Origin: Candidatus Hatepunaea meridiana
GTDB taxonomy: Bacteria; Electryoneota; AABM5-125-24; Hatepunaeales; Hatepunaeaceae
DNA length: 64,000 nucleotides
NCBI GenBank assembly: GCA_030765125.1
Contig: JAVCDD010000176.1
Coordinates: 220-64,219 of the forward strand
Direction of reading: 5' to 3'
Under the pieces are notes generated by a model, which saw only the letters and a list, made by a program, of their open reading frames with translations, was not told where the DNA came from and ran no database searches. This document shows positions 19,368 to 27,618 of this stretch, piece after piece. The position numbers and the translations under genes are program-made. Every line of letters begins with the position of its first letter. The stretch's first letter is position 1.

Positions 19368-20066
19368 TTAGACATTCACCAGCTTTTCCGGCACACCTCT
19401 ATACCATACGCCATCCCATTTGAAACGCTTATAATTACTCGTTTCAGGGGGCTGCATATTAGGGTGTGAAAGCATAAAACCTGTTCCAGGTTGAGCGCCT
19501 CTATAGACGAGCGAACCTTCCGTCACCTTGATGATCTCATCATAGTAGAAGAAGCAGAGTATCCCATCGTATTTCTTACCGGGGATATGCTCGCAACGGC
19601 GGATATCCTCATTGCATATAGCGCAGGTAGGTTGGCGGAAGGTGAATCCGAGCGAAGCCTCGTTGTAGATACCACCGTCGATGTTCACTTTTAAATCTTC
19701 GCTGGCTGAGTGCACTCGCATCCAATAGAACTTGGGGACGATATAACTTATCTCGCTGCTTTCACCACGATGTATGTCACCGCCGAAGAAGCGGGCTACG
19801 CCGAGTGTATCCTTGCGATGACCGATCAACGCAGGCGCTCCCTGCACCATATCAAGCAGCAGTGGCAGATCCTCAGTCCGAAACCTGCCGAAACCGGCAT
19901 CCATTGCATCACCGGCAAGTTTGCAGCGGCGAATGTAAACGTCTCGTGCGGTAACCGGAATCAACGGAGCATTGGGAAGTGAATTAATCGCTATGATATC
20001 CTCATCAATAACCTTCTGCTGGTCAGCGAGCATAACACCGGATAATTCCCGATAAATCCAATCCAT
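19368..20066 (-). CDS. Phage-module protein of unknown function (232 aa; Cys-rich CAICNEDIRRCEH motif), downstream of portal
   Basis: Position right after the putative portal, where minor head, protease or head-completion genes usually sit. No diagnostic motif recognised. Confidence 0.35.
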   Translation of the reverse strand: MDWIYRELSGVMLADQQKVIDEDIIAINSLPNAPLIPVTARDVYIRRCKLAGDAMDAGFGRFRTEDLPLLLDMVQGAPALIGHRKDTLGVARFFGGDIHRGESSEISYIVPKFYWMRVHSASEDLKVNIDGGIYNEASLGFTFRQPTCAICNEDIRRCEHIPGKKYDGILCFFYYDEIIKVTEGSLVYRGAQPGTGFMLSHPNMQPPETSNYKRFKWDGVWYRGVPEKLVNV

Positions 20067-20310
20067 CAGTTTTCCTCCTTACGTAGTTCAACATCAATAT
20101 CGCCACGATCTTCGAAAGCTATTTTGAGCTTCAGTACCAACTGATCCAGGTGGTAACAATATTTTTCAATACTGTGTTTAACGGGGTGTGGATCAGTGAT
20201 GTTGAATAATGTTAGTTGTTGTATTTGCATTTTAAATCCTTTCTCTAACCGCAGATTTAACAGATTAAAGAAAATCTGTTTAATCTGCGAAATCTGCGGT
20301 TAATTAAGAC

Positions 20311-21648
20311 TCACGCGACAGGAGAGTCACGTCTAACGAGCAGCCTAATGCCTTCTTCTTTCGTGATATAACCTTGCTGCACTTTGAAATCAACGTTCTC
20401 GATCATCAGCTTATCGGCTTGCATTCGTTCCAATCGAAATGGGTTGGGATGATCTTCAAAGCGGTGCGTTACTTTGCCCTTGACGCCGCGTAAATCGAGT
20501 TCCATATTGCAGATCCAGTTAATCAAATCAGCGCCTGATTTCTGGTATACCGTCACCATCTGCATCAATAAATCAAATTGTGACTGCACCCAATTCTGCG
20601 TCGTCTTGTGTGTCCGTCCCAACACCCAGGGAAAGAGTTTGAGCCCGGTGATGACATCCTCGATGACCTGTTCGCGATTCAGACGCCAGCTCCAGTTATT
20701 CCCGCTTCCACCAACGACGCTAATTTCCACGTCATTCCATGTGAAGACGTTCTGATCCGGTTCAAGGTTCTGAAATTCATTAATGGTGTCCCGGAAATAT
20801 GTATTGACTCGCTCGGTATACTCCTTATCGCCTTCCCATGAGAATCTCTCCGGACGACCTATCCTGATCTGCATTCGCGGTACTCCCGCATTGTGACTCG
20901 AGCGCGCCATATCCTCTACCATCAACTCAACAACTTCAGCTACGAATGGAATGGAGGCAAGCGGTTCCACGCCGAAGGGATTAGACAAATCGGTTCCGAG
21001 TGTGCCATAGAAGAACCTTGCCGGATCCATTCTTATGCTTTCCCCATCATCATTTTCGATATAGGGAACCCAGCCCTGTTCCTTCTCGTGTGTCCACGAC
21101 ACTCGATAAGGATCAATGAATCTGAAATGATCTATGCTGTCGCCGTTCTCGGTTAGTATCACCTCTCCAGCAAATCTGCCGGTGGTGAACAGTTCCAGGA
21201 AGTAAGCTTCCGTTAGCTTGTTAAAACCGGAACCGCGTCCATAGGGAACTTCTAACAGTCTACCGTCGAGACCGGCTAATAGCTCTTCGGCGCGTCTGAC
21301 TTCAACGGGATTCCCCTCAATAAACCTCGTTTGTCGGGTTGCGCACAACCTGACCCAGGTCCATACGCCCGTCGAGATGATCGGAATGGAATCTCTGAGC
21401 CAGCGATAGAATTCTCCCTTGTTAGCTCCCTGAAAGCCGAAACCTCCAGGCAGATCGCTTCCCATTGCAACATTCATCTGTCGATAGAGCCCTTTTGGAT
21501 CCCAGCTTCGCTTGCCGCGTTTAGGGATATTCTTAGTTTGGGGAATATAGCTTTTTGTTGGACCGCTCAATTGCGTTGATCCTCTAACCTTGATCAGCCC
21601 ATCAAGCGTCCCATCTGCCGGTTTACGTTTCTTTCTCCAGAATGGCAT
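20311..21648 (-). CDS. Putative phage portal protein
   Basis: 445 aa, directly downstream in transcription of the large terminase. Size and acidic/aromatic composition are portal-like. No motif-level proof. Confidence 0.45.
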   Translation of the reverse strand: MPFWRKKRKPADGTLDGLIKVRGSTQLSGPTKSYIPQTKNIPKRGKRSWDPKGLYRQMNVAMGSDLPGGFGFQGANKGEFYRWLRDSIPIISTGVWTWVRLCATRQTRFIEGNPVEVRRAEELLAGLDGRLLEVPYGRGSGFNKLTEAYFLELFTTGRFAGEVILTENGDSIDHFRFIDPYRVSWTHEKEQGWVPYIENDDGESIRMDPARFFYGTLGTDLSNPFGVEPLASIPFVAEVVELMVEDMARSSHNAGVPRMQIRIGRPERFSWEGDKEYTERVNTYFRDTINEFQNLEPDQNVFTWNDVEISVVGGSGNNWSWRLNREQVIEDVITGLKLFPWVLGRTHKTTQNWVQSQFDLLMQMVTVYQKSGADLINWICNMELDLRGVKGKVTHRFEDHPNPFRLERMQADKLMIENVDFKVQQGYITKEEGIRLLVRRDSPVA

Positions 21649-21736
21649 TTCAATTCCTCATTGTTAAATTGTTAAACTGTTAAACTGTTAAATTGTTACC
21701 GGGATTCTGTGTTAACCTTAACGGATTTCCCTCAAA

Positions 21737-21817
21737 CCCGCTGTCAGACGCCCTCGTCTGACAGCAGATAATCACCAAAGGGGTAGATGCTGTCACACGA
21801 GGGCGTGTGCCAGCGGG
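21737..21817. repeat. REP-E palindrome (cccgctgtcagacgccctcgtctgacagc ... gctgtcacacgagggcgtgtgccagcggg)
   Basis: Second copy at 58465-58548. Flanked by ATTGTT/AACAAT octamer arrays at 21655-21700 and 21838-21903. Confidence 0.55.
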
Positions 21818-21903
21818 AGTTAACACAGAATCTGGGTGCTATATTGTTGTATTGTTACATTACAGTATTGTTATTCAGCAATTTAGCAATTCAACAATAT
21901 TTC

Positions 21904-23232
21904 TTAAAACTTCGCTCCTGCAACCATCGCTCCCGACCACCTGACAGGCTGCTTATCGGACAGATTTATGATTAAATACCTCAGTGCATCCGTTGCGTGA
22001 TCGTGATTGTTGTCCTTGAGCGGTTTGTTGCTGCCTTCTTCCCAGCGATAATGCTCAATGTGATGTATCGTTCTGCTGACGTTCTGCGCGAATCGAAGTC
22101 TGACCATACCGCTTGCATCCCGTAAAGACGATTTTAAAAGATCAACTCCGGTCATTATTTCCGAACATCTCCATTTCAGTTTAAAACCGTAGCGTTGTAA
22201 TCGTTCTATCGGTGAGAATCCGCTGTCGTTTTTCGAGGCGCCAGCCGGATCGCAGCCACTCCAAGTGATGTCATCCTCTTCAATTCCGTGTTTTTCGTCA
22301 ATAGTCTTAATAGCCTCCACCATTTCCTCAAGCGTGGCGTCATGTCCTTCCCACTCGTCGAAAACGACCATATCGCCTTCAGGTGAGAAGTGCATCCAGA
22401 TGATGTAAGGATGCCGATAACCGAAATCTATACCACGATAAGTCCGACCTGCGCCTCGTTTCCATTGGAACTGATGATCGAGAATATGCACGGCAGGATC
22501 AAACTCATCATAAACTCTGTCAGCCAACGCGCCGAAATCAAGCTCATACTCCTGTCGCCAGCGGGCGCTGGATAATCCTCGCTGGGCTTCTTTAATCCAC
22601 GTCTCATCGCGTAGGGGATGTTCTTTATAGTGTAGTTGCAGCTTGTCGAAACCATTTGATTTGTCGCTGTAAAGATCATGAAAAACGTTATCAGTGCCGT
22701 TGGGCGTTGAAATGCCTACAAAGCTGCCACCGGAATCAATCGCCGGTTTGACGCCCGTCCAGATGCCCTCCGAGTATGGCGTGAAAGCCATCTCATCCCA
22801 GAAGACGCCGGATGGGCTGTGCATCCGCGGCGCTTCCTCAGTTGCAGGAAGGGATATGATTCTGCTGCCCGAGTTGAAGCAAACCTCAGTATTCTTAACC
22901 TTAATCGCCGCTGCTTCACGAATGTCCTCCGGCAGTTCGTTCACCATAACTTTAAGCCGCTTTAACAGTTCCTGTGAGTCCCGCGCACCTTTGGAGAGCA
23001 TCAGGTATATACCGGGATTTTCATTTATAGCTCGGTATAGCATCCAGGCGCAGACGCACCAGGTTGCCATCATTTGCCTCGACTTGCATATAAACAGGAT
23101 GCGATGACAGCAAAGCGAGTCAAATATCTTCCGGGTAAAAGCATAATCAGGAAACGGCTTAATTCCCCCCACAGCGTCAAGTGTCCGAATATTCTCCACC
23201 ACCCAAGCCCAAATTACGTTTTCATTTTTCAT
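21904..23232 (-). CDS. terL: Phage terminase large subunit (ATPase + nuclease)
   Basis: Walker A-like ICKSRQMMAT (K-S-R-Q-x-G/A-x-T motif of the terminase_6 family). Walker B VFWDEMAF. C-terminal nuclease motif HDHATDALRYLI. 442 aa. Confidence 0.78.
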   Translation of the reverse strand: MKNENVIWAWVVENIRTLDAVGGIKPFPDYAFTRKIFDSLCCHRILFICKSRQMMATWCVCAWMLYRAINENPGIYLMLSKGARDSQELLKRLKVMVNELPEDIREAAAIKVKNTEVCFNSGSRIISLPATEEAPRMHSPSGVFWDEMAFTPYSEGIWTGVKPAIDSGGSFVGISTPNGTDNVFHDLYSDKSNGFDKLQLHYKEHPLRDETWIKEAQRGLSSARWRQEYELDFGALADRVYDEFDPAVHILDHQFQWKRGAGRTYRGIDFGYRHPYIIWMHFSPEGDMVVFDEWEGHDATLEEMVEAIKTIDEKHGIEEDDITWSGCDPAGASKNDSGFSPIERLQRYGFKLKWRCSEIMTGVDLLKSSLRDASGMVRLRFAQNVSRTIHHIEHYRWEEGSNKPLKDNNHDHATDALRYLIINLSDKQPVRWSGAMVAGAKF

Positions 23233-23264
23233 TTTTAGTCTTTAGTCTTTAGTCATTCCCTTGC

Positions 23265-23333
23265 TGCCAGGTTTCAAGCGAAGCGTAACCTGGCAGTTTT
23301 CCCCGTCAGGTTACGCTTCGCTTGAAACCTAAC
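23265..23333. repeat. REP-F palindrome (ccaggtttcaagcgaagcgtaacctgg ... caggttacgcttcgcttgaaacct)
   Basis: Related copies at 42131-42238 and 58330-58365. Preceded by (tttagtc)x3 at 23236-23256. Confidence 0.55.
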
Positions 23334-23366
23334 GGGAACGCAATCACAACATCACAACATCAACAA

Positions 23367-24245
23367 TCAACTCCATTCCCAACTCTGATTACCCTTCTTC
23401 TGACCGTGCGTTATTTGCGGTGAATGCAGGAAGGGTCGTAGTGTCCGCCAGGCTGAGATCTCAAATTGCGAAGACAGATCACGCCAGCCGCGCGCTCTAC
23501 CCTCTGCCGATGTACATCCATCTGATAGAGAGCGAGTCGCTAGTCCCCGGCAGATAATCGACGTAGCAAGCTCCGTTGCTCCAGTCTTAAGTCCTTGATC
23601 TGTTGATGAAGCGTTATATTCGTCCTTCAAGATGCTGAGTATCTTGTCTTCAGCTTCGGTGATTGCCTCTGCGATAAGCTGATCTGCGCCGGAGTCTGCA
23701 GTTATTTGATAGTCTATCAGCACGGTAGTTTCCGGTTCGAGCGATCCGCCAGCGACAACGCTAATCTCGCCGTTATCGTAATCAATCATATAATCGATAT
23801 TCTTGGTAAATACCTGATAGCGGAGGTAGTAGACTTCTAATGCTGCGCCATCACCTATACTGCCACCGTTAATACGACGAACCTTTCCCTCGACACTGTT
23901 AAATGCGAAGTCTTTATCCAATTGGTAAACGGTTTCAAGACCCTTATCAGCCGCAACGACAATGTTATCCGGCACAAGCTTGTCATAGCTGAGCGCTACC
24001 CATGTCTCGCCATTAAGCGTAACACCGGATTGTTCGGTTGGAGTCATCGTAAGGAGGCGCTTAACGACCTCGCTGGACGATACCAGCCCTTTATGAGGCA
24101 GCGTTCCTTTACTACTGGCGCTTAACTCAACGGAGACGTCTTTATATTCCGTAGGTAGTCGATCGAGATCGAACAGGTGCTTTTTGATTGTTGTGGAATC
24201 TGTCCAGGACATGTTTATTCCTTGGAAATTGTTTGATTGTCTCAT
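23367..24245 (-). CDS. Phage-module hypothetical protein (292 aa)
   Basis: Between the putative capsid gene and terL. No diagnostic motifs recognised. Confidence 0.35.
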   Translation of the reverse strand: MRQSNNFQGINMSWTDSTTIKKHLFDLDRLPTEYKDVSVELSASSKGTLPHKGLVSSSEVVKRLLTMTPTEQSGVTLNGETWVALSYDKLVPDNIVVAADKGLETVYQLDKDFAFNSVEGKVRRINGGSIGDGAALEVYYLRYQVFTKNIDYMIDYDNGEISVVAGGSLEPETTVLIDYQITADSGADQLIAEAITEAEDKILSILKDEYNASSTDQGLKTGATELATSIICRGLATRSLSDGCTSAEGRARGWRDLSSQFEISAWRTLRPFLHSPQITHGQKKGNQSWEWS

Positions 24246-24288
24246 TGTTTCATTGCTTCATTGTTATATTTTTATATTGTTATGTATT

Positions 24289-24348
24289 CCCGAAAGGAAT
24301 GAACGTGAATAGCGGTGGGTGAAACCCACCGAATCAAATTGCAAACCC
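24289..24348. repeat. REP-C copy with 'attgcaaaccc' extension
   Basis: cccgaaaggaatgaacgtgaatagcggtgggtgaaacccaccgaatcaaattgcaaaccc. Confidence 0.55.
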
Positions 24349-24514
24349 TATCGCGACCCTGAAGGGGTCGAACAAGACACAACTTCATAAATCCTGTTTA
24401 TTCAACCCCTTTGGGGTTGGTTTGGGTTGTGTTTACACATTCCACTGGTTTACACCAGTTGCTATTCATATTTAACCCCTTCGGGGTTTTATTGCCTATC
24501 CTACCCGTCGATGA

Positions 24515-24880
24515 TTAAATCAACTTCAGATGAACCGTTACCATCAATGTGGTGTTGTTAACCGCTCCGGTAGCAACCAGGCTACTATTCACACCATTAA
24601 TTTGGACATATACATCGAATACACCGGCATTCTGATTGGCGTATACCGATAGGCGATCACCCTGGTTTGCTGCTACGTCTCCACTATCACTAACCAACGA
24701 AGTTCCATCCCAGCAATCAATCCGGTATATCCGTGCATTCTTAGGCAGTGGAAAGCCATCGCCGAGTTCCCCACCGGCGCCCTTGAGATAAGTCGAGGAC
24801 ATTGTTACTTGCCCTGAGAAATTCAGCAAAACTTCAGCTTGTTTTGCTAACATGTAGTTCAGTGTTTTGTTTATGGACAT
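24515..24880 (-). CDS. Phage-module hypothetical protein (121 aa), downstream of putative capsid gene
   Basis: Gene position only (a decoration or connector protein would fit). No motif recognised. Confidence 0.35.
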   Translation of the reverse strand: MSINKTLNYMLAKQAEVLLNFSGQVTMSSTYLKGAGGELGDGFPLPKNARIYRIDCWDGTSLVSDSGDVAANQGDRLSVYANQNAGVFDVYVQINGVNSSLVATGAVNNTTLMVTVHLKLI

Positions 24881-25058
24881 TTTTCTTAAATATTGTTGTA
24901 TTGTTTGATTGTTAAATTGTTAAATTACTGTTCAGCAATGCAGCAATGCAGCAATGCAGCAATGCAACAATCAGATCGGATGATTTCCCCGCGGCGAAGT
25001 CAGGGTCTCATATATTATTTAGTACCCGTATATCACCTGCGGGGGACCATCCTTAAGA

Positions 25059-26123
25059 TTAATAATCCGACAACTTCGCCGCGCCGTCCACCATTATGGT
25101 ATAGACGGATTCTTTCGATACTACTGCGGATTCTAACTTCTGGTTGATGACTTTTTCAGCTTCTATCATCAATGGTTGCGATACCGTTTCCCGCAACGCA
25201 AAGCGGCTGTCGAAAGCGACTATCTTGGTTGAAGTCGCATTCGGCGCTATTACCAGCTTGGCATTTACCGGCAGGAACGAACGATAATCACCGCTACGTC
25301 TGAACAGTTCAGCCTGACTCCACGCCAATGGATCCTGCAATTGAGTCAGGTTGACGATGGCTTCAATGTCTGTAATCTTAGCGACAATATGCGTCATACT
25401 CGCCGGTACGTCGAATGACATCGCCAGATGAACCAGATCGCTGTAAGCAAACGTACCGCCCACGCCGTTAAAGATGTCGGCAGCGCCTGCTGACGTACCA
25501 TCACCGTTGAGCAGAACGTCGTAGATATCGTCAATCTCATCGTAAGCCATTTGCGCGCCGATCCACCAGAGGAATACCTTGAATTCGGTGAGTTTCTGGT
25601 TGCGAACTACTCGGTATGAAAAATCAAACTGCCTGCCGCGATCAATAATACTCGCTTCCTTGTCGCGGTATAGTAGTTCAACACGCGGATAAGCGCCGCC
25701 GCTGCCGGATCCTCGCTTGCCTAACGATTCCTTGGCATTAGTGGTCTTTATATAAATCGGTCGAACAGTTGGACCGGTTTCATGCACGATTGTCGCAACC
25801 AGATCGGTCGGATCCTGCACCATCTGATAGCCGCGTTTGATTTCGCGCAAGATGTATTCGGGCAGCAGAATAAGCCCACCGCCCACAAAGAACTGTTCCA
25901 TAGTGATCGTTCGAGGTCCGTCGGACTCAATACCATTCAGCATAAGCTGCCTTTCAAAGGCGTCGAGTGTACCGTCTGGTTCGCTTGGGTCTATCTGTTC
26001 CAGCAGTTCTGTGAAGCTGATTCCTTGTTCCTGAGCTTCAGCGTACAACGCCGGATTACCGGAACGAGAGTGCCCGACGATCAATTCTTTAAGTTTTTCT
26101 GAGTTTTCAAGATTTAATGTCAT
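25059..26123 (-). CDS. Putative phage major capsid protein
   Basis: ~354 aa from the ATG encoding MTLNLENSEKL. The upstream part of the ORF-track model is repeat-derived (tttcgcactttc family). Size and position in the head module fit a capsid protein. No fold-level evidence available here. Confidence 0.35.
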   Translation of the reverse strand: MTLNLENSEKLKELIVGHSRSGNPALYAEAQEQGISFTELLEQIDPSEPDGTLDAFERQLMLNGIESDGPRTITMEQFFVGGGLILLPEYILREIKRGYQMVQDPTDLVATIVHETGPTVRPIYIKTTNAKESLGKRGSGSGGAYPRVELLYRDKEASIIDRGRQFDFSYRVVRNQKLTEFKVFLWWIGAQMAYDEIDDIYDVLLNGDGTSAGAADIFNGVGGTFAYSDLVHLAMSFDVPASMTHIVAKITDIEAIVNLTQLQDPLAWSQAELFRRSGDYRSFLPVNAKLVIAPNATSTKIVAFDSRFALRETVSQPLMIEAEKVINQKLESAVVSKESVYTIMVDGAAKLSDY

Positions 26124-26292
26124 TGTATTTCCTTTTAGTTTACAAGTTTTAAAGTGTGAAAGTGCGAAAGTATGAAAACCGGTGAATTTCAATCCAACGC
26201 TGGGTGGGGCGGGCGTCCCTGCCCGCCATTTTCACCCTTGTACTTCGCACTTCTTCTTTCGTAATTCACTATTCGCTATTCGCTATTCATCC

Positions 26293-26733
26293 CTATCCAA
26301 GCCACACGTCGCACGTCCCCGCACCTGAATCCACCGCGATGACCTGACCGCGCATCAAGTGTCCTCCGGCGGCGATGTCGGCATCGGCTGAGGCTTGCTT
26401 AACCTTACCGGCGCCGTCAATCTCGACCATCTGGTTGACCACCGGTGCTTGAGCGACGTATTTAAAGCGAGCTACACCGCGAGCTTGAACGGCGCACAGC
26501 GCTGGAATGGTTGTTCCGGATTGTAACTCCTGCGATACCCAGACGACCTTGCCAAACAGCTTCCCGCCGTCGGCTCCCATTCCTACCTCGTTGTCATCCG
26601 AGATGACGCAGGCGGTGAGGTTATCGTCAAGATCGGATTGTGTGAAATCCTTGTCTGCGGTAGTGTCAACAGTGAATGTCAGAAACGGCGTTCCACCGAT
26701 ACCGCTGTTGTCAATACTGAATTGACTGGACAT
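26293..26733 (-). CDS. Phage-module hypothetical protein (146 aa; Gly/Ala/Asp-rich) upstream of putative capsid gene
   Basis: Position and composition are compatible with a scaffold or decoration protein. No diagnostic motif. Confidence 0.3.
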   Translation of the reverse strand: MSSQFSIDNSGIGGTPFLTFTVDTTADKDFTQSDLDDNLTACVISDDNEVGMGADGGKLFGKVVWVSQELQSGTTIPALCAVQARGVARFKYVAQAPVVNQMVEIDGAGKVKQASADADIAAGGHLMRGQVIAVDSGAGTCDVWLG

Positions 26734-26846
26734 AATTTATTCTCCTGTTATTTGATTGATTCATTGTCTCATTGTTTGATTGTTTCCCGCCAGGTTACTC
26801 CCGAAGGTTCGGGATTGAAATCTGGCAGGAGCGTATACTTTGAATA

Positions 26847-27155
26847 TCACCTTCCACACCTGTACTTATCCAGAACCTGGGGTTCATCTCCACGAGTAAC
26901 CATTTTCAGTTCCCCGTCCCAGGATGGTTTATTCACTTGGTGAGGTTGGTTTTGCTGATAAGCATCAAAGTCTTTCGATTGTTCTACCGTTACGGTCAGG
27001 TTTTCCTGGTCCTTCTTTAGTTGATCGAGTTTTGTTGATATGTTGTCTATATCAACTGATTCAATGTTCAATTGACTGGGCGAAATGTCTGCTATATTCA
27101 TCGTGTTCTCCTCCGTCGTTAAGTTCAATGGATAATATACGACATTATTATTCAA
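26847..27155 (-). CDS. Phage-module hypothetical protein (102 aa), first gene of the minus-strand head cluster
   Basis: ORF preceded by an AT-rich promoter-like region at 27160-27440. Confidence 0.3.
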   Translation of the reverse strand: MNNNVVYYPLNLTTEENTMNIADISPSQLNIESVDIDNISTKLDQLKKDQENLTVTVEQSKDFDAYQQNQPHQVNKPSWDGELKMVTRGDEPQVLDKYRCGR

Positions 27156-27520
27156 AAGTCAAGTAGAATGTATTACAATATATATTATATACAAAATTTA
27201 TGCATTATAGTAGATTGATGATGTATGATATTCTGCATATATACAGGATATATTGTATTATAACAAGAGGAATGAAAAATGTATAGGAAGTAATATTGTT
27301 TATTACAGGGCGCAAAATCTCGTTTGATACATCTACCGGGTAAGACAGATATTTTTGTCTGTCGATCCCTCGGGAAAGGACGGTTGACAGACAAGAATGT
27401 TTATCTTACCCAACGCCTCGGAAAGACAAGAGTGTCTGTCCTACTAATGAAATCAAAACTTTGATTTTAGCGTTTTCTTCTGTATATTCATACTTATTCC
27501 CTTAAAAATAGAATCGTCTT

Positions 27521-27606
27521 CCTCCGGAGTGCTCAAGCTTGCTTGAGCTGGTTATACCACTTATTAGTCCCTGATCGGGCTCAAGCAAGCTTGAACACTC
27601 CGGAGG
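27521..27606. repeat. REP-B palindrome (cctccggagtgctcaagcttgcttgagc ... gctcaagcaagcttgaacactccggagg)
   Basis: Inverted repeat 13 bp upstream of the metallopeptidase start. Confidence 0.55.
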
Positions 27607-27618
27607 AATCACAGAGGT

